NCBI GenBank assembly: GCA_036172245.1
Contig: JAYWIR010000002.1
Location: forward strand, 6,634,001-6,698,000
Source of the DNA: Raillietiella orientalis
Taxonomy: Eukaryota
Length of the DNA stretch: 64,000 bases
Direction of reading: 5' to 3'
The notes under the pieces are model-generated. The model saw only the letters and a program-made list of their open reading frames with translations, searched no databases and was not told where the DNA came from. Position 1 is the stretch's first letter. Every line of letters starts with the position of its first letter. Of this stretch, positions 13,190 to 26,550 are shown piece by piece. Both the position numbers and the translations under genes were made by a program.

Positions 13190-13660
13190 AGGCTTCCGGA
13201 GAAGGGCAAGTGGGCCCAGGATGCGACAGTGGCTCCCACGAAGGTGAGAGGCGACCACGCGAGGCTGCCGAAATCACTGCAGATCCCGATGGAACCAACT
13301 ACTCCTCCGGTACTCGACCGCGGTGCGGATACCGAGAAGGCGGGCAGGCAGCCTTCCTTGATTGGACGAGAGCGCTCCTCGCTCCGAACCATCAGCTGGC
13401 CGTCTTTCGAGTCGGCCACGGCTCTCCTTGGAGCAGGACCAATCCTGCGCTGTGTGGCTGCGGGGGCCACGGGTTGCGACGAATTTTCTCTCTTCTCATG
13501 CCAGACCTCGACGGAGTCCTTTTCCGTCGACCACGGGATATGGGACCCCAGAAGCAGGGCAAAAAGAACGTTCCTTTCGTTGAACTTCCTCTGCAGGCTC
13601 AGCCCTTGGGTGTTCGTTTCGATTCTTCCGGATGACCTCAATCTGCTGGGAGTAGGGAGT
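13190..13660 (+). mobile_element. DIRS-type RT fragment abutting SINE-like copy A
   Basis: RLPEKGKWAQD, DLDGVLFRRP, LSPWVF, ILPDDLNLLG in RT order. Confidence 0.5.
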
Positions 13661-14420
13661 TTTCCTTTGTTGGTTCTTAAGGAGGGCTGAAGGACCGTCC
13701 GCCTCTTGGGGTAGACTCACGAAGCTCTTCAACGCTATCCATGGCACTCGAGAGTGCGTGTGACGATCCAGGTGAGGAGGTCACCCCGGAGGGCCCACCC
13801 TACGAATCCAGGAAGGTTCCAGAGTAGGGAACCCCTTCCTTTTACGGTTGAGAGAACCCCGAAGGGACCCTCTTCCTGATTCTATCTGGAAGGACCCCCT
13901 GGTTTGTAGCGGACACTTCTCCTTTCGTCTCCGAAGGAAACCCGGGAAAGAAGGATCCGCTCCTGGAATTTCTTAACTGGAGGGCACTGCAAGGAAACCA
14001 CTCCTTGTTTCCTCCTCTGAAGAGAACCCCGGCGGGAGCTGCCAAATTTCTCTGAAGGACGCTTCTGACACTCTGGGGAGGAATGCCCCCTACGGGGTGC
14101 GCAATGGAGCGTCCCCCGAGAAGGAAGGAACAGTTCCATTCGCACAACCGGAGGGAAACACCTAAGGGATCTGGTTCCTCGGTTTCTGGAAGGACGCTGG
14201 AGGGTCAACTTCCGATTCCAGAGGCCAGTCCGCAGTGTCATCCTGAGGTTTCCTGCTTCCACAGGTGCCGCACCAGAAGCCCGTGGGTCAACCAGGCTTC
14301 ATTCTGCAAAAGGGGACTTGAAACCCAGGGCGCACCCATTTCTCGGCGCCTGGGATTCGAATTCGCAACGCTTTGTGCCACCCGCTGAGACCACCGCGGC
14401 CTTGCGACCTCCAACGCAGT
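13660..14420 (-). mobile_element. tRNA-headed SINE-like element, copy A (most diverged)
   Basis: Shares blocks such as ctcacgaagc, aggatccgctcc, tttctctgaagg and ggagggtcaacttccgat with copy B. Head GCGTTGG..GCGAATTCGAATCCC. Confidence 0.65.
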
Positions 14421-16149
14421 AGGGAGTGAATCCTCCGGCCTCGCCGTCGCTCCTTACAGCCGTAAGAAGGAGACAAAGAGAAGGAGACCTGGGTGCAGGG
14501 GCGTAGGTCTCAGAGTCGGCCGCTCGTGAGCCAAAAAAAAAAGGCTGGTCTCTGGGAAGGCGCAGCCACTGCGCCACCTGCGCCACCTCGCAGGAAGGGG
14601 AGTCGGTCCTGCTGCCCTTCCTTTCCCTTTCCTTACATCCCCAGGCTTCCGCGAGACTCGGCAGACGGATAGGAAGTACCGAGGGCCTCGGGACGAAGCC
14701 CAGGATGACTCGGGATGGGAACCGGAATCGAAAATTTGACTGCATCCTCCGGTCGAAATTAGTACCTTCTCCCCGTGAAATATGGGCCGCCCGGGATCGG
14801 GTCCCTTGGCGGGCAATCGCGTTAAAGGGGGAGCGGCTCGATAAGGAGAACCCAATTCCGCGCCGAGCAGTTGCCATCTCTGCCTGTTTCATCAGCGCCG
14901 GAGCGGAAAGTTGATCTTTTGTGCCTCGGATGAACTTAACAGCTTTGCCACTTGCTTGGCGCACTTCGGGGGGAAGGGTGCATTCGTTGCACCTCATTAC
15001 AAAGGGCAACGGCGTCAACGCAGTCGCAGGAGCGTGAAATGCGCCATCTTTAATGGATCACCTAGCACAGAAAAGTGAATGCGCGATCGAGGGACTGTCG
15101 GCAGAGGCGCCCGGGTCCTGGGACCAGGCTGTCGCCAGCGCCTGCCGCGCCCGCGGAGGCGGCTGCGGGGGAGTCTGAGCGGGGGATTGCGAGGCGTCGT
15201 CGTCTTCCCAGCAGATCGCCCCTCTCTCTCCCCGGCGGGTCTTCTTCCCGTCGCTGCGCAGCGCGCGGAAGCCACGCGTGCCCGTGCGGAATATTCCGGG
15301 GACGCGCGCGGATAGAGCTCCGCGCCGTGGGCGCACGGAGGGCAGGGAGGGACGGGAAGCCGCAGGCAACAGCCCGCTTTCCGCGGCGCTCGCACGAGCC
15401 ATGAAGGATGGGAAAAAATAAAGTTCACTTAGTCAGCTTGTCCCTTTTTTGCCCTTCTCTCTCTCTTTTTTTGGCCCTTCCATCACGGGTTTTCCGGAGG
15501 AGACGCTCTGCGGGCAGCAGGCGCGGGTTCCTCTCAGTCAAGGGAAACACTTTTTGTAGACACTTGTGTTTGAGGCGGGGTCGTAAAGCGCTCAAGAGCC
15601 GTGGTTCGGTCCGATCTCCTAGGCTTGAAGACATCCAGACAGGAATGCCAACTTCCATCTCGGAGCCTTTTGTTTCGCGATCGTAAATCATCGGCCCATG
15701 CAGGGAATTGGCTGCAGGTAGGGAATTTTTTTTTCCCTAAGAGGGAAAAAACGTATACACACACAGATAGGTCCGGTGGACAAAATCCCACAAACTGACT
15801 GCCTGTCACCGTTCTGCCTTTCACCCACCTTCCCTGAAGAAGGAAAAAGATGGCGGCAAGAAAAGGAGTAGCCGTTCCACGGCGGAAACAGTCCGACACG
15901 CAAAGAGTCCCTCCTCTTCCTTTCTCACAGAACGGGTTCCAGTGTCGTTCCGAGATCTCTGCTTCCTCCGTGCACTTCCGCGGCGACCCGTGCCCGAGGG
16001 CTCAGGACGAACTCTCCTGCTCGCGGGTGACCAGGAGACCAGGGAGAGAGCTCTCGGAAACCACCGATCGCAGCCAAGGAAACGATTCTTCGAACCTGGA
16101 AGAGCATCAGGGATGCCTTCAATCCCTGAGAAACGGGAAGGGGCTGCTG

Positions 16150-18280
16150 CTGCTGCTCCTGCACAAACCAAAAGCCAGTGGCAGGAAGAGAGTTTCGGGA
16201 CCATGCTGCAGATGACGGTGATGCTGGTGCTCGAGGAAACGCCCGAAGAGACGAGCAAGTGGATGCCTTCCGGAAAGCCGACCAGAATGCCCCTTTTCCT
16301 TCCTTTCCTGGCTCCCGCGCGGCTGCAGCCTTCTCGTCCCGCAGCTCCCTCCAGAGGGTTGCCGAGAACTCCTGCGTCCTGCCTTTCCTCCCACTTTCAT
16401 CTTCGCTTTTCTCAGCTCATGGAAACCGGGCGCCATCGTGCGCCGGTTTTCCACGCCGGCAATCCGTCTGCCGTTTCCACGCGTTGCGCGCGGGCGCTGG
16501 GAAGTCGCTCGTCCATGTAGGGTTGGCTCGCGCGCCTGCTTTTGTGGACGCAAGTGCTTGTGCCTTCACTGATCCTCCCTTCCTGCCCTTAAAATCACAC
16601 CGCTGTCTCCGCCCGCTGCTTTCTTCTCCCTTGATTTTCCCTCCTCCGAACGGACGGCTAAGGAGACTTTCACTTTTGTTTGCGGGTGGCGACTGGCGCT
16701 GCCATTTTGCTCGAAACCGGGAAAAAGCCCACTCCCTTGGAAATCTTTTTTCTCAGTCTCGCTTCTTCAGTCCCCCGGTACCACGGGTCCATGGTAGAGG
16801 AAGCTTCCAGCTTGCTAAGCAACCTCCCTCACGTCCTCTCGGAGGCCACATCGGGGCGATCTGGACATCTGATCGTCCGGAAGCGATTCTGCCGAGCGAG
16901 TTGAGCACCCAGAGGGGAATCCCTTCTCTTCCCCCTACCCCCTCATTACCCTCACCATCACCTCGCTCAAAAGGTGCGAGGCTCCAGACGCCCGCAGACA
17001 ATCATTCTCCAGAGAGACGGAACCGTCTCTCCAGTGGTGGTGGCGAAGAGCGCTCTGGACCATCTCCGGAGACTTAGGATCGCTAATTTATGCCCGTAGG
17101 CCGTCCGCACGGAGCCTTTCTACACAACAGACCCCCAGGGTCTTTCTGGAGTATCCTCTGCTGCCACCAAGATACGCGCCGACGTTGCCTCCAGGCGAGT
17201 CACACCCGAAACATTCCGAGCGCCTCCAAAATGCGGCCAAGTTCCGGGGGCGTGGAACCGGAAGGAAGGAACAGCTCTGTCCCGGAGGTTGGCTGTGGTA
17301 GACTCGACCTGTTCAACGCCACCCATCTCCAGCGCCGGTTGCTTCGGCTGGCAGGTCGTTACACAGACAACGAATTCCGACCTCCATAGCCACCGTTTTA
17401 CTGTCCATGGCAACCAACACCTTTCGTGGGATCTGACGAACGTCTGATTGGGCACCGTAACCCAACGTTCGGTCCATCCCACAGCTCTGGTTCCGCTCAT
17501 CAAGATGGGCCTACTGGGCGCTCGTGGATCCGACAGTCCGAGCTTCTTCGTTCAAGAAAGCCCGACTTCTCACCCATTCAAAGTTTGGGAAGGTCAGGTC
17601 GGGTCGCTTATCTGACCTGAAATTATTCGCCTAACCGGACGAGCTTCTCTCTTCCCTTCCTCTTCGACGAGCGCCAGCTATTCTGAGGGAGACCTCGGAG
17701 GATGCCAGCTGCCAGGTGGTTCGATTCGTCTTCCGGACGTCCAGTCCCCTACGAGAAACTGACGCGTCAGATGCGCTCCATCAAAGTCCCTCCTACCTTC
17801 GTCCTATGCGGGGAAGGCTTACCACCATCTTTCGGGTCGCAGCGTGCGTGATGCGGCTGCGTTCCGCCGCCATCCGAGCGCTGCGCAACGTTCCGGAAGT
17901 GCTCCGCGCACGCTCGCGAAGAAGGCGAACGGCCCCGAGAGGCCCTCATGCAGCTTCCAAGCTTGGCGCGCGTAATCAGACGCCGTGAGAGGAGCGCCTG
18001 GATGCGGCGTAACGTGACGTCAGACTTGTGACGTCATGAAGCTCCTGCAGCATGGGCGCCGCCGCACCTCGCATGTCAGCGTCTCGCAGTCTGTGCTCTT
18101 CCTCCTGCGCACTTCTCGAGGCACCCGGAGCCGCACAGTAGGCGAGAAACACTCCTCCTCCTCCTCCTCTCACTGTTCTCCTCCATTCCCTCCGATGCAC
18201 TCCGATGACACTGGCAACGACCACTTGCCGGAGACTTCGATTTGAATTCTTCATCCAGGATGAGGAAGCGGAGATGCAGC
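16150..18280 (+). mobile_element. Degenerate DIRS-type retrotransposon, RT to YR
   Basis: KWMPS, CVLPF..SSSLFS (RT), PRVHGRGSFQ, GRLDLFNA (MT-like DLFA, ~17300), PQLWF, LTTIFRVAACVMRLRSAAIRAL (YR box I) and an exact HSLR at 18184-18195 (YR box II). Confidence 0.72.
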
Positions 18281-19039
18281 CTGCCTGTGCCAGTCGAGTT
18301 TTTCCCGGGGATTCTGGAAGCAGTGGCGGCAGTAATCGAGCCGTGGACCGGGAGAACAGAAATCCCCGTAAATCCCGAGGAGCCGTAAAGATGTACTCCC
18401 GGCGGTGGGTCTTCATCCCCGCGGGCCCGCTCGCCAACCCGATGCGCCCGTTTAATGGCGCGGAAGATGCGCCGCTTTCTCGGAGAACGGGTTCCTGCGG
18501 ACCAGAAAAGCTCCCGATTTGTCAGGCTTTCAGGCAGTTCCCCGCCCTCCCTCGTTCCTGGAGTCACCGCCGCCTCCTCCTTCCGCTGGGGAGTCCCCGC
18601 GGGTCTCGGGGCAAAACTTTTTGAGCCGGAGAAAACAGCCATAGGGACGCGCACAGCGAGCGGGAGGCGCTCTTCGGTTCGTCATGCTCGCGGGAGCGGC
18701 GCGAGGGAGGTCACTGCAAGCGTTTTCGCCGTGGCTCCTGGTCAGCGCGCCGCTGAGAGCGGCTTGGCGCTCCTCTCCCGTCTCATAGTCCGGGGAAGCC
18801 TTTCTGGCCCGACTCCTACGCTGATGCATCCCTTTGTGCGGAACCGACTCGCTGCAGCCTCTTTCCCGGGGACCACCGAACAGAAGCGACGCGGCTGCTC
18901 CATCCACTTCCAGATGCGCCCAGACGCCAGCTGGAATCGGCATGCATGCCGAGCCGCGTTCTCCTTCTTCTCATGCTTTGCCTTTCCCTTTGAAGGAAGA
19001 GGGGAGGACTTTTGCGGGGCGGCCGAAAAAGTTGGCCCT

Positions 19040-21500
19040 CAGCCCGCCGGCAATCCACCACTTGGACAGTGGGCCCGGTTGCCTTCCTAGACTCCGCGGA
19101 GACTATGGCGCGCGTCCGTGTGCTCCGTCATCTGTGCCCGTAGTGGGATGTGCGGGATGATTTACGGGCGCAGACTCCGCGATGGACTTTGCTTTTCAAA
19201 ATCGGGCAGGTGGACAGCCGTGAATGATGGACGATCATTCACGTGTGTGGCACGAAGATCCATTACGCTTCCGCAGGTGGAAGACGCACGCGATTGCCGG
19301 CACGTAGTTTCTCGAGCGCACGCGTTCCTGGAGGAACTCGGTATCGGTGTACCCGATTCTTGCGCTTCCACGACGAGGTCATCTCTGTTCAGGACCGCGA
19401 CCCTCCGATTTTCGTGGAAGGGGTACTTCCATGTTGCCTTACCGCGACGATCGCAGAGGAACTGGAGATACAAACGACGCAAGAGCAAGGTGAACTGTGT
19501 GGACTAGCTGCAGGCAGCCTCCGACCCGTTCTCTCGAGTTTTTATCTCATTCGTGATGCAGATGTCCCCTTTGCGGGCTTTTCGAGAGCTTGCACCATCC
19601 GGCTGAGGTGCAACCGGCAACCACTCTCAGGAGCCTTTCATTGCACTTTCCCGCCTACAGGGAAGACCACCTACGCTTCACGGGCTACAGATTCGCTCAC
19701 GCCGCACGTCTTCATCTCCTGCCCATCTGAGTACCAGCAAGGATACAGGCAGGACATCGATCTTGCTGTTGGTGCCTGAAAACGATGACGTACACGTCGA
19801 ATCATTGTGTGTTGCGTGCGGCAGCTCCAGCTCTGCACCAGAAGTCTCAACGCCTCTATCGACCACTTTAAGTTACGGCAGCAAGGACCATGCGAGACCA
19901 TGACTAGAGACCAAAGAACACACCAAAGAACACCAAGTCTCGTGAGACTTGCCTGGGAACGAAAGAGTGCACAGGACTGCCGAGTGAAAGACACAATGGC
20001 GCCTTCAAGGAAGTGTGCCGAAAAAAGAGAGAGCCTTTTGCTCTTGGGCACCCAAGCGACAGTTGGTTCTCGCATCGTCCGATCATTCGGACCCAGAGGA
20101 TTTCAAAACAAGATGCTCTCTCTGTAAGACCTGAGAATCTGGAGAATCTATGCAAAGCAGTTTTGTAATGATCTTCCAGCATCCAACACAACCGGGGCGT
20201 TTACTGGACGCATTGAATAGGGCATCAGGGCATCCTTTGAATCACTGAGCGCAGAACTACGCAATCAGTTCTTCAGGAGGTGGCTATCGACATTTTAGAC
20301 CCATGCAGCGCCAGAATTTCAGCAAGCAGCCTTATCTGGACATCGCAAATTCCAGATGCAGGTCGAGGGTTCCAACCGCAAACTGAATCGCTGCCTCTGC
20401 CTTTTTCCCTTGTTCCAAAACTTTCCGCCCCTCACTTAGGATGAAAGTTGCTCTGCTACAGGAACGCTGCCTTCAGAAGTGGTGCCCAGCGAACAGCTTG
20501 CGAACTTGCCCAGCATTCACGCTTCGAGACTCAAAAGGGCTGGCGTTCACCGAGAACGAGGTCCGCATGCATGTCCTGCATCTACGCGTTCTTCCTCATC
20601 TTCCTAGATGCACCTCGCGTCCATGGCAGCCTGCCATTAGATTGAGCGGCCAACTCGGATGGGATGCAGTTGTGAGAGGGGATTTCCAAGTGTCCGACTG
20701 TCTGAATCCTTAAGACCTCTTCCGTTCGTACTATACGCCGTATTGTGTTCTCTGAGCGACCACCAAGATGTTCCGCTCTGCTCCTCCACGGAATGCTGGT
20801 CGGCGTAGGTCTGGTCAAGTTGCGCGCAGCAGCTGAATTTCTCCTTCGAAGGAAAGAGGAGAAGAAGATGCCATGCGTTTGAGCTTTACTTTTCCTCTCC
20901 CAGTAATCAAAAATGGGGCCCTCGTGGGGGACTCGTAGGGCTCTCGGGTGGGACCAGGACGACCGAGTCAGCGCCAAGAACAACCAACCGATCTTTGAGT
21001 GCGCTCGTCGTCGAGCTGTAGGAACGCTTAAAGTGCATCTTTGTGACTTTGGGTGTTCATCTTTCGGATCATCGGCTTCTTGCTTTGGTTGGAATGGAAT
21101 CCAAAACCATCCTAGCAAACCATCCAATCATCCTTCCTAGCATTTTCTCAAAGCTCCGAAGCATTTTCTTGCTCCCATGGAACCGTGGTGAGGCTTGTCC
21201 AATCCAGCTCGAATTACTTTCCGCCCCCCAAATGACAAGAAGCCACTTTCAGGATGCAGTGCCAGAGCAGGATGGTCAAGCCGAAGCGGAAGAAGTGAGA
21301 CGCTCTTCCCGGAAGCTGAGTTCATTCTTTCAGCACCATCTCTCGATCACTGCACTCGAGATGAACATGACCGCTGGTCCTTTGTTTCCAGGAACGAGTG
21401 ATCAGCTGAGTATGGGAGCACATCATTTTCTCAGTCGAAATTCTCATTTTTTCGGATGTTCTTGACTATTCCTTGGTCCGCTAAGAGATGGGATGGCCAA
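19040..21500 (+). mobile_element. Degenerate DIRS-type retrotransposon, near-complete pol + YR
   Basis: KSGRWTAVNDGR (~19200), LRFSWKGYFHVALP (~19405), QNKMLSL and SNTT..GIRAS (RNase H, ~20100-20240), IYAFFLIFLDAPRV (MT-like YAFPP motif, ~20580), PSWG, CPIQ (~21196), DHCTR (~21345; HSTR-like). Confidence 0.75.
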
Positions 21501-22329
21501 TCGTCTCCACTCCACTCTAGGATCGGTGCAAAAAAGAGAGAATCTTCTGCTCCTTGCGAGTTCGCCTCGGAACCATGAGCTCATGATAAGATAGCACTGA
21601 CTTCGGCATCTGAGAGGCTCATTATGAAGCGCACATCAAATCAAAGTACCACCACCTGGTGCTTGCTGCTGGATCCAGCTTCTTACGGGTCCTTTTCCAT
21701 CAGCAGGCTCCCTGAGTCGTGCAGACTTTTGTTCCACGGGTGCTTTGGAAAGAATCATGCAGCAGGCTTACTTTACGATCCACTGCTCCCTTTCACTCCG
21801 GAATGGTTTCTCCAGCTTTCTGTCTTCTGTCATCCTCTTGGATCCTGTATCAGCTTCTCCCTAGAGTCTACCCAGCGCAGCCTGTCCAGAATCAGTGGCC
21901 CTGCCCATCCGGATCCGCTCTCTGCTAAACGTCAGCATGCTCAGGAAGGGAGATGGAGCCGATGGCCAAGGGACAGGAAGGGTCCCGTCTGCTTTCCAAA
22001 GACCTTCACGACGACGACTCTGGAGCCCTCGGAGATTTTCCAAGGGCAGACCTTCGCAAGCGGGCTTCCCATGTTTCCTGGGGAAGTCTCTTCGAAACTT
22101 CCATTGTGAGGGACTCAGCACTGCGCCAATTCCGTCGACAAGAAAACGACGAAAAGGACTTTGGCGAGGTTCCTCCTTGGCAAAGACCAAACGGGATCCT
22201 CCTCTCTTCCTGAAGGCAGCAGTAAGGGCAGCGGCTCCGACCGCGCAAGGGGTTGCTCACTCCTCGGCGGGGCAGAGCGACCAGCAACAAACTGCCCTTC
22301 CGCTTGGAGTCAGCCCCCCTGCTCCCCCC

Positions 22330-23100
22330 ATTCAGCCCTCCCATCAGGGAAGGAGGAAGGAGTTTTTGCTGCTGTTCTCCCAAAGGAGAGTAGCAGCACG
22401 AACGCGGAAGCTACGGCATGTTGGGCGTCCAAAATCTTTCTACCAAGTGTTCATTCCTTCACGGAAAGTCCATACCTCTGGTATCCAGAGACAGAGTCAT
22501 TTCTAAACTTCTGGGCAGCCTCGTTCCTCTCCATCTCATTTCGGAAGGTGGTGTGTCCAATATCTTCCCCGATGCCATGTGTGGTGCCTGGACCAAGTTC
22601 AAGGCCCCCATCGGTTTCCCCCTCCTGTGCTCCGCCGACTCTCCACTCTTCCTGAACGAGGAGCGCTACACCTTCTCCTCCCCACCTCCCGAGTTCGCCT
22701 CGCAGGTCGGATGAGGCGTCGTCTGAAGAGCAAGTCCCGCCGTCGTCTTCACGCGTCCATCTTTTCCTCTCCTCAGCCAGCCTTCTCGCCTTCAGCGGTC
22801 CAACAGTCAGATCAAGGTGGAGGAGCATCCGTGTGCCTGCGGATGCCGCTGCCGTGGAGATGCCTTACCAAGCGAATCTTTCCGAGGTGCCTATCCTTGG
22901 GTCTCCGTTCGCTTCCCTGAAAGGAGATAACCAAGCGGCTTCTTTCACAGTAGCTGCAAGCGCTCCGTGGTCTTTGGCTACCGTATCATGAAAAGAAAGG
23001 GAAGGCGCAAAGAACTTTCCCGGTCGAATCTTCTTCGAAGGCTCAGGGGAGTCTGAGGTCTCGTTAAAGGCCCAGGCAACCGCTGTTCGTCCTACACGAC
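22330..23100 (+). mobile_element. DIRS-type RT and RNase H relic
   Basis: EGVFAAVLPKESS, SFYQVFI, VISKLL..LISEG..IFPD, SFTVAAS..W, AQATAV..RQ. Confidence 0.55.
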
Positions 23101-26039
23101 AGTAATCCATTTTTTTTTTTTTTTTTCCTCGTATGAGAAGCAGAGGGAAGAGAAATCTCCACGGTCCCCAGCTCTGACTAGCGACAGAAACGCTGAGGGA
23201 CGGCACCTCTCCTGGAAGTCTTCGTGGTCCCTAGCGAGGATTGCTTTCCCATAAAGATCGCTTCTTCCCTTGACCTCGCGTGGGGCCATCCACTGCGTGC
23301 CGAGTCGAGCTCCCAGGAAACAGCACGGTCGCACGTCGCAGCCGCCCCTTTCCTATGTGGCTCGCGTTCGTGTACTGACCCCTCCCTTCTGCGCCGCCAT
23401 ATTTTCCGCCACCAAACGTGGTGAAGTTGGGGCTCCTTCCCCTTTTCGTCCCCCTCTCCTCCTTCCTCCTTTGCAGCGATCATCACAACAGGGGACCAAC
23501 CATTTGTCGAACTGGTCCGTGTGGTGGACGACGGCGCCTCCACATCAGCTAAGGGCGTCTTAGCTTCGACCAGCCTCCCCCAGCACCACCCCTGAATCCC
23601 GGGAGACCGTCACCAGAGGTGCTGTTCCCTGGCTCCCGTCTTCTTCCGACGCTCTTTTGGTGCCAGTAGAGCCTCGTCTCCGAACTCCCGAATGTGCCGG
23701 CATCTTTTCCGGGAAGCATCCTGCACTCCCCGTTGACCAAATGCCGTCACCGCCTTCCCCCTTTCCGTCAAGTTCCGTGTGATTTCCGCAGCGCTTCCCA
23801 AAGAGTTTCGAGTTGGCCGCTGCACCGCGTCACAAGGAAGCGTCTTCCCCTTGGGGCCCGCCGCCGCCCTCCTCGGTAGAGTCGCGCCAAGGGTGACGGC
23901 GTCTCCCGTCCCGCGCCTCCGTATTCAGGCTGCCTTCTCCCTTCGTCACGGAGGATTCTGCGTTTTCACCCGGAGCTCTGGGACCCTCCACGCGCGTGTG
24001 TCCCCCGTGGCCAAAAGGTGGGAATACCGGCGGCGGCTACGCCCGGAGGGACCAAAGGCTCGGCAGCCTCCCTTTCTAACTCTCCCAAGTTGCGTACCCG
24101 GACGGGCTTCGCCGACCGAACTCCGCCGCTTGGCGAAAGGGGTCGTCGCCCGTGCGTGCGCGACGTTCGGCGAGGCGCGCGGAAAATTCTAAGAGCATCG
24201 CGCGAGTGATCCCGCAGCCGACCGGAAGCAGCACGTCGAGCAGTCCCGCCAGCGGACGGGGCTACAGCCGCCGGGGGACATCCTCCGGAACGCCTCTCCC
24301 TCCTCCTTTCCTCGCGTCGGCGACAACCCGGGGGAATCGGTTCCAGGATGTGCCCCGTGAGATTCCCACCTCTTAGGCGGAGGTGGCGAAACGGAATCGG
24401 CCGAAGACTTTTCTTTCACCGGCCGTGATTTATTGGCGCCGAGACAGCGGAGGTAATAACAGGAACCGCGCTCTTGGAAATTACAGGGGAGCCCCCGCTC
24501 TCGATCCCCGTCGGTGGGTTGGCGCTCCTTGGCGGAGCGGATCCTCCTAATTGGAGAGGGGGAGGAAGGGGAGATGCAGCAGCCGCAGCAGCAGCAGCAG
24601 CAATCATCTCAAAGAGCTGTCGACATGCTCTGCAAAAAACGGAGATGAATCGCCTCGTGCTCCAGCCTACTCCCCTCTGCCCAGCTTGCCCGAGGAGGGA
24701 AGCCCGGCCGGCAGACACTTGCCGACTCGGCTCTTCTCCCTGCCTGGCACGAGTCCCGCCGGAGGGCTAGCTAGAGCACTTCCCGGAAAAAAGCGAAGCA
24801 GAACCGCGGGCTTTCCTTCCTCCCTTTTCCTTTGTTTTAGGCGCCTTTCGAAGCCCCCCCCCCTCCATCCCGTTTCGCATCCCAAAGCAGGGTTCGTTCT
24901 CGAAGGCGGGCCACCCTCAGATCTCCCCCGTGCTGCTTGATCAGCCATCCGTCTGGGGGGTAAGGAGAGGGGATTCTTTTCCTGAGACGTAGTAGCAGCA
25001 GCAGGGAGAGGTAGGCTGGAACCGCGCGCAGCTTCCAGAAACTTCCTGTTCTTCCTGCGCGGCCGCGACGTGCCCGCCTCGAAAAAGGGGAAAAGGAGGA
25101 ACGATTGCCTCGGGTGTGCGTGGTGCAAGGTGTGGCCGTGCTGCCGGGTGCCCAGGCGCAGGGTCGAGGGGACTATCCCACCTCACTCCCACTCGCAAGC
25201 CGGGGTTTAAGGGGAAAAAAGGAAAAAACTCAGCATCTGCTGCTGCCATCCTCGGTCTTCCGTTCTGCTTCCAAAGGAGGAAAGACCTTGGACCACGGGA
25301 GGCACCTCCTAAGTCCGTGCACAAACTCCAAACCGGACGCTCGCCTCGCGCGCGCGCGCATTCCCGTCGGACTGCTGCCGCGGGTCCAGTGTCATGGCCT
25401 TGTACGCGCGCGCGTGCGTGCGCTCCACGGGGACCCTCCACGTACGCACGCCCCCTTTCCTCTTCCCCCTGCATCCCTTTCTCCTCGCGCTTCCGCCGTC
25501 TCTTCCGCCACGCTCGTTTCGCCGCCGCCTCCGCCGCGTGGAAAACGCGTGCGAAGCAGGTGATTTATTTCCACCAGCCCCGGGGAAACGCGCCGACCGC
25601 GACCCCGGGGACCCCCTTAGAATGGAACCGTAGAGAATGCGACCGTCACGCCGCCGACGCCGACGCCACGGACGTTCCCCAGCCGGGGCCGCCCCGGTAT
25701 CCGAGCGGCAGCGGCTGATGTGCGTGAAATGAAACGGCCGGGAGCGACGTGAAACGGTGGTGAGAACGGACGGACCGCCCGCCGCCGGGCGGGTAGGCAG
25801 AGGGACGCAGCCGGACGCGCGAGGCTCTCGAGGGATCATAGTCGTGTCTGCCCCTGCCGCGGCAGGGAAGGGGACGTGGGAGGGGGAGGGGAGATACTGG
25901 AAGAATCCGTGGAACGGATCGTTCGCGGCTTCCCCCGGGTACAGCGGTGGGCAGGCACGCCCCTGGCTTGGTTCCTGGTGCGGGCGCGTGGTTGGGGTGC
26001 CTTCCCGAACCGCCATCGGGACCGGCATCCCGAAGATGG

Positions 26040-26550
26040 CCACAAGCGTGTCGGAGCTCGCGCGGGAGCGGAGTGGGTTGTGGGGGAGCGAAACTTCTAG
26101 CCAGCGTCCAGGAAACGGTTGACTGTGAGGCAACTTCTCTGACACCTTCCGCGAGGGTCTTCCACGTTTCCCCTGCTCTCAGGAAACGGACGCGCTATCC
26201 GCATCATATTGGGACGACCGAGAATGGTAATAGAAAGGCCAATCCCACCCTAGATGGGCGTCTCCTCGGGCACTGCGTCGGCAGTTTCCGACGCCGGCTG
26301 GCAGGAAGCGCGGGGACGGTGGCTCCCCTTGGAAGAATCTGATGGACCCCAGAGGATCGGAGGCGTGGTTGGCGGCACCTCTCGTTTGCAAAGGAGGAGG
26401 GACCATGCGCGCGCGCTCCAGAGAAGAGGGAAAGGTGGCTACCTGCCTCCGTCCCGGACGGTTCGCGGTCCTCGAGTCGCGCTCACCTGTGGCGCTCCCG
26501 CCACGGGTCAGGATCCTCAGATGCCTCCCTTCTGAATCCCTCAGTGGAGC
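26040..26550 (+). mobile_element. DIRS-type RNase H relic
   Basis: ARGRWLPLEES (GxWxxxE) followed by APLVCKGGGT (YINKxGGT-like). Confidence 0.5.

Noticed and set aside
13850..14200. CRISPR-like array from the periodic modules
   Set aside because: Modules are degenerate, the intervening parts are homologous rather than unique spacers, no cas genes are present, and the context is eukaryotic.
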